Numbered from the whole stretch's first letter, positions 50,285 to 63,132 are shown. The stretch is DNA of 63,132 nt, filler included, from Rhabdomonas costata (GCA_019059605.1; 48 parts of 48 records of this genome joined end to end with filler, not necessarily neighbours in it), one strand, 5' to 3'. Program-made: numbers and translations. Notes: generated from the sequence alone by a model not told the origin.

Positions 50285-50794
50285 GTGAATGCCGCGCGGA
50301 AGCCTCCTGTTGTGACGTACATGGACGGCATTGCGGTGCTGATCGACGGCCGCGAGCCCACCGCGCTGGAGCGGGTGGACCTCCTGGACGGAGTGCTGGA
50401 CGGGATGTACTTCGGGGCCCCCATTGTTGGGCTCAGGGTCTGCTTATGTGTGTGTATGTGTCTGTGTCCATGTGACCTGATTCAGCCGTCATGTTTCGGT
50501 TCACACTGTTCAACAAGACTCCGTCAGATTTTGCACTCCAGCTGGCCCCCAAGTTCCACAGGGGAATTGTTCAGGGACACCACACCCAGGTTCTGTGGGC
50601 GAGGCGTGGTCCTCGAAACCCCATGCGCAATGGACAGCGCGACGGTCTCGACTCTCCATGTGGTCAGAAGATGTCCTGAAGATCTCACGCAGAGGACGAT
50701 GAACCAAATTGACCTGACTGGGCGACTACGGACGGATTTGCAATTTCAACGGCGGTTGAAGGCTGTTCTCAAGGACCTTCACCCAGCAGAGGAG
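50285..50794 (+). CDS. Hypothetical protein, two exons
   Basis: GC3-rich exon 50285-50437 and exon 50528-50794, separated by a 90-nt GT-AG intron containing (TG)n; ends at GAG|GTATGA. Confidence 0.5.
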
Positions 50795-51380
50795 GTATGA
50801 TCCACTCCTTGAGAAGCGGGCTGGCTATGGTGGAAAACCTCTTCAGAACAACAATACAATATCGGCTAGCTGCAGTTTCTTCGGAACGGAAATCTCTTCA
50901 CAAAACGATGGGTTCTTCTTTCTTCTTTATTTGTCGAAGACCTTACGCTGGGTGCACTTTCCAGATGTCGTGGGTAGCGTCGGCGTCGATTTTTTCTCAC
51001 TTCTATTATTTTTCTGGACAGTTTGCCGTGTTTAGCACCCGTCGTTTTGTAGGGTTTTCAACTCTTACACCATCATGGGAGAGTCGTGGACTGTCTGAGG
51101 TTGGCAGCTTTTGACGGTTCCTTTGCGAGGATATGGGGAGGGGGCGGGGCAAAGCAAACGTTGTGCCACTATGCTTTGTGCAGAAACCCATGCCGGATGA
51201 GTTCCCCGTACCCAGCTCCTCGGTACGTCCCTCGCCTCCCTCGCCAAGCTTGCTTTCATGTTGTTGAACAACAAAAAAAANNNNNNNNNNNNNNNNNNNN
51301 NNNNNNNNNNNNNNNNNNNNNNNNTTAATTAATTAANNNNNNNNNNNNNNNNNNNNNNNNNNNNNNNNNNNNNNNNNNNN

Positions 51381-52260
51381 GGGTTTTGGTAGATGGGAAG
51401 GGGTAAAGCACGGCTTACTGAACCTGAAACCCTCTCATGCGCGCAGAAGGGAAAGTCAGAGCTGTGGTCCTTTTGCGTACTTGTCACTGTGGTAAGCAAA
51501 ACAGAGCCATTGGCAGCATATAGCTCGGATGGTTCGGAGCCCCCCAAAAGGAGGTTGCTTTGCATCTGGGCTTGGGTGTAGGGTTTGTGGGTTTCTAGTG
51601 CGAGGCCTTTGCCCGCTTTTAGGGGTTTAGAAAGGGTTTAGAAAGGTGCAACCCAGCTTCTTTGCAGGGGTTTTCGTGTGCCTCCGTGAAGCGATACGTG
51701 GAATGCTTTGACAGTATCGAGAGGAGGAGGACCTTCGTACACGCCCCGTTGGTTGGTGTTCCGAACTTCCTCAGTGGACTGCGCTGGATGGAGCAGAAAT
51801 TTCGCTCTACAACTTCGCTGGGATATAAAACCATGCATGCCTTCGCGGTGCCAAAGAAGGTGCAATCGACGTTGTTGTTATTGGTGGTGGCGTGTTAACG
51901 GTTACCACTGCTAGCGATTTCTCCTATTGGACAATTCCTTAAAAAAAGTAGTCCCCCCCCCAGTAGGGTTGTCCACGCTGTTTGGGCTGTGAACTAGTGC
52001 TTTTAGGGCCCTTCCGGAGAGTGCATGGGGTTAGGAGGTGATGCACAGGTCTCCTGGGATTCTATTATAGGAATTTGCAGGGGTTCTGGCGATTCACGGT
52101 TCCCGGGATCACAGCAGAAGCTTTTGCAGGGGATCAGGTGGCCATGCATGGGTTCCCTGGGATTGCTTGGGATTGCAAGTTTTAAGAAGTACACCTCAAC
52201 GCAAACTTGCAGTTGTGGTGGCGGGCAAAGGTAGTAATTACGGAGTTTCCATGATAGACA
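51381..52260 (+). mobile_element. Possible highly decayed non-LTR (LINE) reverse transcriptase
   Basis: Spaced motif remnants GFRKG, VECFDSIER...LVGVPNFL, AFAVPKKV and ITAEAFAGDQV resemble QxGFR, KAFDSV...GVP, FxVxxGV and LAFADD. Confidence 0.4.
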
Positions 52261-52425
52261 GGCAAAGCCAAGAGTCGTTTGTGTGAAAAAGAATTCCGTT
52301 TGTCACGCTTCCCCAACCACAAGCAGAAGTTTTCTCTATTTTCTGTTTTTTCTTGTTCTTCCGTTTTTGTGTTCGATTGTGTGAAAGGTTTTCGGCTTGG
52401 ACCTTGCTTTTTTGGAGGAGAGAAA

Positions 52426-52554
52426 ATGGTGAAGTTCGGAAAGTACATCGTGGAGGCGGCGCAGCAGAGCGGCATCCCCTTAGAGCACTTCCTGGACTAC
52501 AAGCTGCTAAAGAAGAAGGGAGTCGAGCCCATCGTCTCCACAAAAACCGCCGAG
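52426..52554 (+). CDS. SPX-domain protein, first exon
   Basis: MVKFGKYI...HFLDYKLLKK matches the SPX N-terminal signature MKFGK...YxxLKK; GAG|GT donor at 52554/52555. Confidence 0.82.
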
Positions 52555-54130
52555 GTGTTTAGGGAGAGTACCCACCCCACCAACCACACCCACCACANNN
52601 NNNNNNNNNNNNNNNNNNNNNNNNNNNNNNNNNNNNNNNNNTTAATTAATTAANNNNNNNNNNNNNNNNNNNNNNNNNNNNNNNNNNNNNNNNNNNNGCA
52701 AGACTTTTCCCCAGATTCGTCCTGAAACTTGCCTTCTCGGCTTCCATTTTCTTCTTTTCTTATTTTTACTTTGCGCTGACCTCTACATTGGGTGGCCTTC
52801 TCCGCTGCTTTGCATCCGCCTTGGCCTCCAGCTGTACTTTTGCTCTGCCCAGCTGGGTTTCCAGCTTGGGTATGCGCTGCTGGCCTGGGCCTCGCGGACT
52901 CAACCTGCACTCCCTGCTTCTCGTTGTTCCGCTGACCTGCACTGTCGGTAGGTGGTTCCTGCAATCCAGCGCTGTGTCATTGTTGAATGCGCAGAGACAC
53001 GAATGAGTGCCACATGGCATGTCCGTGTCAGGTGGTAGCACGGAATTATTTTTAGATTACAAAGTACCCGAAGACAACTTTGTCCACACATATTGTGTGA
53101 TGTATACACTACAACAAAAAAGATGTCTTGATATTCATCAGACTAGTCAGCTTGTAGACAATGTTTAACTGAGCATAATAAATTTGTGCACTCGATTACT
53201 GGGCGGTTCCCCCAGCCTCAGTTGCAGCATCAAGCGAGCAAATAATGTTTCTTGAGCTTGATAAAATGCTGCAGATTACAAGATATTTACATTGTGTAGA
53301 AGCCGGCAGTCATGAATCGTTACCAGTTGTCAGTAAAAAATATCTGGAGCTCATCGGAGTTCTGAGGAAGATGCAAGAGAATTACCATAAGTGTGCGAAG
53401 TCCGAAGAGACCCTAACGTAAAAGGAAACAGAGACAGGATCGCGTAGAAAGCGGAAGTCAACCAAAGAACCCACCACACACATTCTCGCTCGAAGTCAGA
53501 CCCAACAGCCAATATTCAGATATCATAGTAGTAGTTAGTAACGTAGCGAAGGAACACAGCAAACAAAGAAAGCGTAACCACGACCCCGAACCCACCGAAG
53601 ACAGACCTAACATCATGAATTCCCACTACGACACCGAAACCACACGTAGATGCACAGATGTATAAGGATACACGAAAGTCCACGACAGCGACACGGCACT
53701 GTTTCGGCCTTCCAGCCTCATCATGTGAACAAAGACGTGAACCCAAAGACCAGAACCAGGAACTGATGCCTCCGACGCCGACACGAATACCAACACCTGA
53801 AGGCAAGAACGAACCATGAAGACCAAGAACACAAACACCCAAACACCTGAACCACTCGAATTCTCAACCACGATGCAAAAACCCACTCATAAACAAAACC
53901 CCAAATACCAAACANNNNNNNNNNNNNNNNNNNNNNNNNNNNNNNNNNNNNNNNNNNNTTAATTAATTAANNNNNNNNNNNNNNNNNNNNNNNNNNNNNN
54001 NNNNNNNNNNNNNNGCGTTCCACGTGTCCCACGCAGAAGCGAATTTTCTGTTTCGAGTTTTGAGTTTGGGATCACTTCTGTGTGTGCATTGTACCAGTGT
54101 TCACACCCAGCTCATTCCATTGTTTTTCAG

Positions 54131-55113
54131 CGGGTGTACGCTGAGAAGTTGATGGACATTCTGGACCCTTACCACGAGTGCATCATGTATGCGTTTGTTT
54201 TGCGAGGTTGGGAAGGGTTGGTAGGAGGGGTGCAAGTCTGAATACAAAATTGCCCTAAAATTGCCCCTCGTGACCTCAGTTGGGTCTGCCGCAACACCTG
54301 CACCGCAGGCACCGCCTGTACCGCGATGACTGCCTGAACGTTGAGGGGAACTACCTTAAGGACCTCGCTTCCCTCGGCCGGGATTTGACCCAGACCGTGA
54401 TCGTGGACAACAGCCCGCAGGCCTTCTCTCTGCAAGTTCGTGTGCCCGACTTACCTCACGCTATAAGTTTGCGTTTTGAACGGGGTTTTGCTGTCATTCT
54501 GCCACTTTTTGCTCAGCTTGACAACGGCATCCCGATCCTGTCCTGGTGGAGCCGGCCGGATGACAGGTAGTGTTTTATTCTCTTTGCTTCTCGGTTTCTC
54601 CGTGACGTGGACCATTGGAAGCGAAGCACTTGCTGTTGCAAAAAACTTGTGCTTGAGTTTACAAATGTTTTTTTGGCAAATAGCTGTCTGACAATGACTG
54701 GAAAAGGTGCTGTAGGTGCACTGAAAGTTGTTGATCGCGTTTTTTGGAGCGCCTTTGTGTTTTCAGGCCTATTTTACATTTGAGCGGGGAGAGGGGCAGC
54801 ACACCAAAATAGGAAATCCTTGCCAGGTATGCAAAGGGGTGAGTGAGTGTACTCTTCTGGAGAGCACTTGGCCCGGAGCCCCTGTGGACCCTGGACTTGG
54901 CCTGGTGTGTTTTAGGAGTTATTTGGCTTGACTCGCCGCCTCACCCGCAGGGAGCTCTTCAAGGTGTGCCCCTTGCTGGACCGCCTCTCGGTGGCCAACG
55001 ACGTGCGGCCCATCCTGCGGGAGAAGTTCCAGCTGTTCAAGAAGGTGGAGGCGAAGATGCTCCCCTGCAACACCGACAGCGTATTGCCTCCCAAGGCCCT
55101 GGACTACTACTGA
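54131..55113 (+). CDS. CTD small phosphatase-like (NIF/FCP1 domain, CTDSPL2-like), last four exons
   Basis: Exons 54131-54186, 54309-54435, 54517-54566 and 54951-55113: [63 protein letters not shown]. Confidence 0.93.
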
Positions 55114-55832
55114 GCTCCTCCGAGCCGAGCGCACCCGAGGCCCCCAGGAGCCCTTGTGGCCCTGACCTACCCTCACACACAACACATGCACACAGACGCC
55201 CTTCCCCACCAACCCACACACACCCACCACANNNNNNNNNNNNNNNNNNNNNNNNNNNNNNNNNNNNNNNNNNNNTTAATTAATTAANNNNNNNNNNNNN
55301 NNNNNNNNNNNNNNNNNNNNNNNNNNNNNNNTGTGTGTTGTAATACTGGAAGTTTTGTATTGGGGGTACCTTTCCTCGGGTTTTCTGGCGTGTTAGAGGC
55401 TGACTTCGGAGAATTCTCCCGGGAACGGTGAGGAACGGTTCCCAGGAGTTTTGGCGAAGGACAGTGCCGGCCGCGGAGGCGAGTGATGGGAACGTTGCCC
55501 GGGCGGGGGGGACTTGGGGGAGTTTCAGTAGTAATGCGCCCCAAAAGCGCACACATTTGCAGGGGGATTTCTGGTGGACGAGCCTACCATCATAGTTTGG
55601 AATGCCATACCTTTACCTACCGTAATAGGGGAGTGGGGGGCATCGCTCCCTAACCCTGTCAGATCACAAGAAGCTGGATTGGGGAGGGGGTTATCCCCCT
55701 GCAAGAAAGATAAACGGGAAATAACCCTTTTGAATATTATCGTTTAACGTCGTTAAACCGTTTAACCCTCCCCCCCCCCATAGAAAAGTCCATCGGAGCA
55801 TGCTCGGGGACACGGAATCGGAATGCCTTAAC

Positions 55833-56293
55833 ATAAAGGCAACCTATCTTTGCCGCCAGGAGAGCATCCGCGTGGCTCAGTCCCTTCTCCATGCACCGCT
55901 GGGCAACGATTGAGCGGATCTGAGAAGACAAACAGGGCGGCACAGGTCGTACCCACAGGCTGAGATGGTCCGAAATGTAATGGGACACGAACAGAGGGGC
56001 CCACATTATGGTATGCATACCACAATCAAGAAAGTGCTCGAGTTGGGTAAAACGACAGATACAGAAGAACAAACAGAAAACATGAAGAGAAAAAGGCGGG
56101 GGAGCCACCTCAATCATTCTAGTTGTAGTCCCAGAAGCCAAAGCGAAAACCATTGCAGCCAGGATGCGGGCACGCATACTTCAGCGATGGTGCGGGGACA
56201 CCGAGTAATCTCAATCTCTCCATGGCTAGCTGAGCCCAACGGGCCCAAATTGGGAAGATGAGTGTCCAAGAATCTCAGATAGGCGTCGATTTC
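55833..56293 (-). CDS. Possible bacterial-type NUDIX hydrolase N-terminal region, two exons
   Basis: Exons 56293-56180 and 55919-55833, phase 0: EIDAYLRFLDTHLPNLGPLGSASHGEIEITRCPRTIAE|IRSIVAQRC...KIGCLY. The GEIEI...IG pattern is recalled from bacterial NUDIX extensions; the Nudix box is not in the contig. Confidence 0.4.
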
Positions 56294-57103
56294 CTGAATG
56301 AATTTGCACAGGTCACAACCCGGTCCAAAGGCACGGCAGACCGCAAACTTAATTAAAAAGAACTCATGAACTCATTACAGCAGCGCCACTGAGCTTCACT
56401 CCAAAGCAGTCGAATTATACTCCGCGTTGGGTCAAATGTGAGAACTCAGACCAAGCCCAACACGCACAACGAAAAGGGCCCCTTTTGAAGTGTTAGGCAG
56501 CGTTGCTCTGTTCTTCTCCATGCTCTCTAGGTCCGAAAACCAACCCACNNNNNNNNNNNNNNNNNNNNNNNNNNNNNNNNNNNNNNNNNNNNTTAATTAA
56601 TTAANNNNNNNNNNNNNNNNNNNNNNNNNNNNNNNNNNNNNNNNNNNNGGTTGGTGTGGTGAGGCGGGGGCATCGGCGGACCATCTGGGGCGGACTCGAA
56701 CCGTGCAGACAGTTGTACAGCATAACGAGTAACGGAGAGAGCAAACGGACGGTAATCGGGCAAGGTGCATCCGGAGGGAATATTTTTATGGGGGCCGGCT
56801 TCCTCTGGTTCTTTCCAGACACGGCGAGCTTTCAAGGGAGCCACAGAGTGCAAAGAGTAGAAAAGAGTAGCGTAGAGCAGAGTTCAGGCGATTTCAAACT
56901 AAACCACAGAAATCGGCTTGTGCACCGCCACACGCTTTTTCCATATTGCCAAGCAAGGAAATCAGCGCAAGAGATCGAGCTAGCCTCAACAACCGCAACA
57001 ACTAAAAACATCACACTGATCAAAATATAAGCTGGTTTTGGCATCGTATAAACGCGAAACAAAAGTCTTGGAAAGGAAACGGGTCTCTCAGAGGAGGGGC
57101 AAC

Positions 57104-57215
57104 CTTGTCCTGGGTCTGCGAAACCTCACGGGCCAGCTCCTCTGGGGAGAGCTTTGAGCTCATCGGGTGCAGCGCACACCCCGCCCCAGGGATCCCAAAG
57201 AAGGCCTCAACATAC
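57104..57215 (-). CDS. Acyl-CoA synthetase / AMP-dependent ligase internal exon
   Basis: CAG- and GT-bounded exon YVEAFFGIPGAGCALHPMSSKLSPEELAREVSQTQDK matches the LEAYFGIPGAGAVLH..N.RL....AEDK segment of medium/long-chain acyl-CoA ligases. Confidence 0.75.
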
Positions 57216-57969
57216 CTGGAAGAGAATCACGTACGAGCATATTAATGCAGATTTAATAAGAGCGGCAGCGGGCTGCTGGTGATAACAATGAAGAAAAAGC
57301 AGGACAATGCACACAAAGTACAGACAAAAAATCTGACTTGATATCAACTAAAATGTCAGCTGACTGACTGACTGAGTTTAACCCACATACCAAAGGAATG
57401 GCATCCCATCATATTCTATCCCATTCCAGGGCAAAGGTGTGACTGACGCAGGATGGTTCACCACTCAATCTTCCGTTGTGCCGCTGGCTGTCCCCTGAAG
57501 ACTGAGGAGTTTACGAAACACTGAGCTGGGTGAGAAGGGGAAAAAATGCTATGTAAACTGTCAGGAACAGGAAATCGGCTCGAATTCCATGTTTACGGCA
57601 GAACAGGCTGGTCTCGATTGGCGTTAGGCTGCAGGAAACTCTGGCCCCACCCCAACCACCCCAACCTAAGAAACATCGGGGCCAGCACGTCCCCTGGTTC
57701 AGGCATAAGGTACCCCCCCACACACACATTATAAGGCAGAGAAGAATAAAAAACACAAAGGAGAAACAGAGAAGGTTCTTGGGGCTTCTGCCGAGGAAAG
57801 GACTTTATGTTGAGATGAGTGGGGTTGGGGGCACACACTTTGGGCTATTCTGCGCCACCACCCCCNNNNNNNNNNNNNNNNNNNNNNNNNNNNNNNNNNN
57901 NNNNNNNNNTTAATTAATTAANNNNNNNNNNNNNNNNNNNNNNNNNNNNNNNNNNNNNNNNNNNNGGTG

Positions 57970-59009
57970 TGGGTGGGCTGGGCCGAGAGGGGCGGTACAG
58001 CCACCACTGCACCACAAGCACCACATCTGTGCAGCATGCCCCCGTGAGACAGAAAATCAGTGCACTTGGTAAGGGGTCCCGAATCGAAGCGAAACGCATT
58101 CGCATCGTCACAACGTCGAACAAAAGGGATACTGTTTTTGTCGGGTCAGGCAATCACGACCTTCCAAGGTCTGGGTGTGCAGTTTTGGATTTCGGCACCG
58201 CACTGACTTCCTGGGAATCGATATCGCTCTTGCTTCTAGCATTGGAGCAGCTTAAAGGGCCGCAAAAGGCACTTTAAGGGGGAAAAATACACCAAAAAGG
58301 TCAAAACCACATTGCTCTAATCAGCGTATAAACGCGTTTTTTGGCACCCTGGTAAAGCGGTTCTATTTTGAGTAGAAGACCCAAGTCCAGAGTCCATTGT
58401 CCACCAAAGCCAAAGTGTGAGTAGGCAAAAGGCATAGAAAGTTGAGCCCCCTGCAGTGTAAAGCAGAAGGTCTACAACCACCGGCGAGGAGATGCATGAC
58501 TGATGCATCTACTACAGCAGAGAGATGCTTCTGGGAATGAAAGGGATGAAAGGGAACGAAGGGGAAGGACAAAAAGGAGGAGAAAGAAAAGGTGCGTGTG
58601 TGGCAGCAGGGAGCGGTGCAATGTGTTCTCTGGAGAAGGGAAAGGGTGAACGTCTGGGCACCACTGGCGACTATTATTACAGCTGGCAATCGCGTGGATA
58701 AAAAGTGGATAGAAAGGTGATCGTGTTCCCTGGTACTCGGACGGCAAACGGGGGAGGGAGAGTGAGAGGCTGTGATCTGGCATTTTGCCGCCCACCCCCG
58801 CGCCGCTCCACACAAAGAAAGCCCTTCAAAAATGCCCTCACCAAAACCATTCAAAATGCTAAGCAATGACGGGTTCAATAATGCTACGGCAGAGGGGAAG
58901 GAGGGCAAAGCGCACACCCATCGTAGTGTAAAACAAAGCAAGCAGAATCTGCAGCGGTAGGCCGGACATGATGATAGTCCCAGCTAAGTTGCAGCTGTCG
59001 CCCAGAAAC
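57970..59009 (-). CDS. PQ-loop lysosomal amino-acid transporter (PQLC2/Ypq-like) fragment
   Basis: Exons 59009-58918 and 58026-contig edge, phase 1: FLGDSCNLAGTIIMSGLPLQILLALFYTTM|DVVLVVQWWLYR. Confidence 0.8.
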
Positions 59010-60701
59010 CTGCGTATGCCCCATCAAACATTGAGGGAGCATTAGCTACAAGCTTTTGGTAAGGCCAAAACCTAAGTCACACTATAAAATGTTGTATTGG
59101 AAGTTTTTAGAAGTCGGAAGTTTGACGACAGTGGTTACAAACCTCAAACCCTCGCGCACACATATCATTCCTACAACCCACANNNNNNNNNNNNNNNNNN
59201 NNNNNNNNNNNNNNNNNNNNNNNNNNTTAATTAATTAANNNNNNNNNNNNNNNNNNNNNNNNNNNNNNNNNNNNNNNNNNNNTTTTGTTGTTGCAACGTT
59301 GGGCATTCTGGGTTCCAGTGGTCACGGTCTTCACATGGATGTTGGGCGATCTATGCAAGGGGCTGAACGTGGGGTGTTGCGGTGGTGTTTCTGGCCTTCC
59401 ATGCGTTCACGGAGATGTTTCAAGGGCTTGCAGTTTTGGGGTTGGGGTTCCGGCTGAAATTGAAGTAGGTAACTAGGCTGCTCTGGGTTTCTTTGGTGTT
59501 CTGGGAAGAGTAGATGGGTGGTGGGGTGTCTTTCGGTGCGCGGGGTGTGGGTTGTGGGCTGGGTCAAGACTTCGTGGTGTGCGCCGCTACTGAACTTGTA
59601 CTGTGTGTTGTCGTGGGACTCTTGGTGGGATTGATGCTTGCAAGTTTGCTGACGGTGTTGGAGCTGAAGGTGTTGGGTTCGTGTCAACGGCGTTTTGGTC
59701 CTTCGTAGTGTGGTTGGTTCGGGTTGTGTCAGGTGGTGGGGGATGGGGGTCAAGTTGTTTTACAAGTTGGTGTAGTCGCATGGGTTACAGGTTTGTATCT
59801 GTGTGGGTGCTGCGTTCTGTGGACTTGTGGTGTACTTGTCTGGGTTGGACGTTGCGTGTGGGTGTCACAATTTTCCGGCGATGAGCCGGACTCTTCACCG
59901 GTGGATACCGGTAAAGCCCCCCTCCCATCTCTCATTGTGTTCTCATTGTAAACGAGAGCCTGTTAGTGAGTTCGCAGTTTGGTTGATGGTGTTTTGGTTT
60001 GTGTGCTTGTTTATTTGTTCCTGTGTTGTCCAGTGAAATAGCGACAAGAGAAATACGTGGAACGTACTGTAGTACACATATAGTCATCATTGCGATTACA
60101 CCATGTCAAGGATGCAGTTGTGTTGAAGAGCCATGCAGATGTTTCTTGATGGTCCGAAAAGAAAAGGAGGCCTAAAAAGCCGATGTCCTTTCGGAAGTTC
60201 CTGTTTTTGAACCACTTTTTCCAAATGTGTGGTTACTGTGCTTGCTTTCAGAAAAAATCGACAGAAATGCACTTATCTTGGAAGATTGTGCACTCTGTTT
60301 GAATAGAGAAATGGAGGAGCCTAAAATTTAAAATTACTGGTATTAGGAAAATATACACAGCGTTTTTAATTTAGTTAATCATTCTCTCCGAAAACAGTGC
60401 ACAGCCAAAGGGGGCAGTGCTCACAGGGTTTCGATCAGGCACTGGGTGGGTTCAGCAAGCTCCCCCCCCCAAGCGTTTCGGTGTCTCTCAAACCCACCNN
60501 NNNNNNNNNNNNNNNNNNNNNNNNNNNNNNNNNNNNNNNNNNTTAATTAATTAANNNNNNNNNNNNNNNNNNNNNNNNNNNNNNNNNNNNNNNNNNNNGT
60601 GGTTTTTGCACAGGCTCCTTTTTTCCTCGTTCTGTTTATAAGCGGCACAGTGGCAGCTTTTAATGGTCAAGGCAAGGGGTGAGAGGTGAGAGTTTAGGCC
60701 A

Positions 60702-61187
60702 ATGGCTAGTGCTGAGGCCGCGGCAGCGTTCGCGCAAAAACTAGAAGCCTTTACGCTTTCCAAGGCCGAAGAGGTCTCGCGGTTTGTTCACGACAAGTTG
60801 CAGGTCAATGTGGTCGCACCCTGCGGTGCGACGGGAGCGGAGGACCAGCCCGTAGAGCTCTTCTTGGGCTTCCAGGAGTACGCCAGATTTATTGACGGCC
60901 TGCTGAGTGAGTTCCTAGCCGCGGAAGGTTCATTGGCGCTTTTTTTTCCAACTCTGCGCTCGCCTTAATGTGCTGGATGTATTGTACTGTGGATATGAGT
61001 TGCCCATAATTGAACTCGTTGGTTTCGCTGTGCAGGGACGGAGCTTGTGGAGGCGTCTCGGCATCTCGGATCACTTCCTGCCGAACAGCGAGAGACGCTG
61101 GCGAGCTCAGACTACATAGCGGCAGCGCTGGAGTACACTGCCTTTGTGAAACTGTTGCATGATATCCGCGGCATTTACGACCTATGA
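60702..61187 (+). CDS. BART-domain protein (ARL2BP/CFAP36 family), apparently complete, ~125 aa
   Basis: Exons 60702-60927 and 61036-61187, phase 1 GT-AG: EDQPVELFLGFQEYARFIDGLLSEFLAAE|GTELV...DYIAAALEYTAFVKLL, stop. Confidence 0.75.
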
Positions 61188-62509
61188 CCTTGGTTTTCAT
61201 GTGCTACGCTTCATTTTCAACATTTGAACTCACGAGCATTTTTATCAGCTGTGGCGCAGACAATCTCGTCACGTTACAGCCACGGCTACTGGTTGCGGCC
61301 AACCCAGGAAGGCTACGTCAGCTAATTTGTGGCCTGCAGCCACAGCATTTTCAATAAGCCATTTGAATATGTATCAAAAGGCTTTATGAGTGTTAGCTTC
61401 AGTCGAAAAAAAAGTTGCGCACTCTATGGCGGGTTTTCCACTGCCGGAGTTATTAATGGTTTATTGCGGGTAGGTTGGTTGCAGTGTTACCAGAAAAAAT
61501 CTCATTTATATTGACAAAGGAGGTTTCAAGGCACCGATACCACGAAATGGCGCTAATCGCTATCTTGTGATTTTTCCAATCTTGGCTGAGAAAAGGCTAA
61601 GAAAAAATATACACTCCCGTGTAGTGGTCCAGGAATCAGGTACCTTGGCCAAAGTTAACCCGGGTCGGGCTGGGGATGCAACCGGTTCGGCTCCAGTGAT
61701 GTTGAGTGGAGGAAGCCTCGACAGCATCTGCGCGACCGCATGCTCAAATGCCCAACCACGCAGAAACTACCACAGAACGGAAATGGCAAATCTGCGAAAC
61801 AAAGGGGCGGAACAANNNNNNNNNNNNNNNNNNNNNNNNNNNNNNNNNNNNNNNNNNNNTTAATTAATTAANNNNNNNNNNNNNNNNNNNNNNNNNNNNN
61901 NNNNNNNNNNNNNNNGTGTGGGTGTGTTTGGTGTGGGGTGTAAACAGGGCGAACGAGCGAAAAACTACACTGGATTCCAGGGGCTGCGAAAGCTGTTGGT
62001 GCGACCGCGGAGTGGGAGTGGATACCGTATTAAACAACAGCGATATCATTGCCCATTATTTCAATGCGAATGGGTAGCAAAACTCTTGCTGTTGGAATTC
62101 GTCACCCGTAAACCCAGTTGAACGGGAAACTTTGTCAAGTTAACTCTCAGTTAAAGCGTCTTGTCCGTTTTTATGCACCTTCTCTGCAGTGTTGAGTACT
62201 TCTTAAGTTTTTTCAGCTGTGTGTATCAATGACAAAATGAATGGTACCAGGAACAGGAGTGCTCGTCGGGGCAAGGTTTTTCCCTTTTGCTACCCACACA
62301 CATTCAGAGGCACCAATGATTTCTTAAAATCCTCGTTTTCGGTGCATGATCCCCTCAAGTTCAATGCCCCTGCCCCGAATTTCGCCACAATTTTCACTTT
62401 TCTCGCCACTGGGAAAGTAGGTCTTAAATCGAGGCGAGGGGACTTGCTGTCCTTTCTCCATTTAAAGGTCTCCTGTGTTTTACTTGTGTGCATGCTCTTG
62501 TCTTTCCAG

Positions 62510-63060
62510 GGAGCTTCGGACATTGCCCTGCGGGCAATGGCCCTACAAGCTCACTACACCCCCAACTTGGACCTGAGCTTTGACTGCCGGGCTGACACCT
62601 CTGCTGCACGACGAAGCCGCGGTCCGCGACTTGGTATGACCCAGATCACTTTGTCACATGCAGGGTGATAGAAGTTGAAACAAAGCATCACATAAATAGA
62701 AGCGAATGATTGTTCACCTGAAATCCATCCCCCCCCCACTCACACTCAGCCGTACACAGTGAAGTTGAACGTACCTATGTGAAATTACACCTCCGGGTTT
62801 TGGTTTTCTTAATAAGGTCTCGTGTAATTTCTCTGTTCGCAAGTTGGCAGGTTACGTTCCGACTGGCTTTCATTTCGTCATTGGAATTTTTTCAATTCTC
62901 GCTTTTCTTGTACTCAGCACAGAAGTTGGGGCTAGTTCCTTGCCCTCCTCCCAAGCTCTCCGCCGAAGAATGGGAAAAAGTCCACAAGGAGTCTCAGCGC
63001 CGTTGTGACTCGTATCACCCTTGCGCAATCTGCCACGAGCAGTTTAAGTCGGAACCTCAG
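62510..63060 (+). CDS. RNF32: RING finger protein 32 homologue fragment
   Basis: Exons 62510-62633 and 62918-63060, phase 1: ALRAMALQAH...GPRL|AQKLGLVPCPPPKLSAEEWEKVHKESQRRCDSYHPCAICHEQFKSEPQ, matching RNF32 LAQKLGL..PP..LS..EW..V.....GDS..PC.IC.E.F. Confidence 0.85.
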
Positions 63061-63132
63061 GTGAGGCCTGTTCTGCCCTTGATTCTGAGGAAGCCTTTTT
63101 AATTCTTGTTGTGGTTGTGCACCCCACCAACC

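Noticed and set aside
1219-61915. Regularly spaced TTAATTAATTAA repeat resembling a CRISPR or other array
   Set aside because: It is embedded in fixed N runs and is an artificial six-frame-stop linker.
1-63132. tRNA, rRNA, spliced-leader or snRNA genes
   Set aside because: None was recognised by eye; a covariance-model search would be needed to exclude divergent ones.

Overview
This window is not a contiguous locus. It is a pseudo-scaffold of 48 unrelated ~1.2-kb contigs joined by 47 artificial 100-nt spacers (N44-TTAATTAATTAA-N44), so gene neighbourhood across spacers means nothing. Many contig ends carry G/T-rich (5') or C/A-rich (3') remnants resembling whole-genome-amplification primers. 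The DNA is from an intron-rich, probably flagellated eukaryote, most likely a euglenozoan such as a euglenid. That is inferred from a kinetoplastid-type adenylosuccinate synthetase, GT-AG plus GC-AG introns, receptor-cyclase fragments and centriole/cilium genes. Recognisable spliced fragments: CEP76, a class III nucleotide cyclase, TPR, IPT/TIG, ankyrin, TXNDC9/PhLP3, MORN, UGDH-like, Nop16, P4-ATPase, SPX, CTD small phosphatase, acyl-CoA ligase, PQ-loop transporter, BART and RNF32. Decayed DIRS-like, Penelope-like and possibly LINE retroelements are also present. Most interesting: (1) an intron-containing DabA/DUF2309 gene, the prokaryotic energy-coupled CO2-pump subunit, with all four Zn ligands; (2) an adenylosuccinate synthetase whose C-terminal exon has no stop and splices in frame into the start of a second copy (tandem fusion or polyprotein); (3) a UGDH paralogue with the catalytic Cys replaced by Ala; (4) a bacterial-type ATP-grasp-SET fusion missing half of its ligase domain. 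All calls come from manual motif recognition; no searches were run. No rRNA, tRNA or CRISPR array was found.
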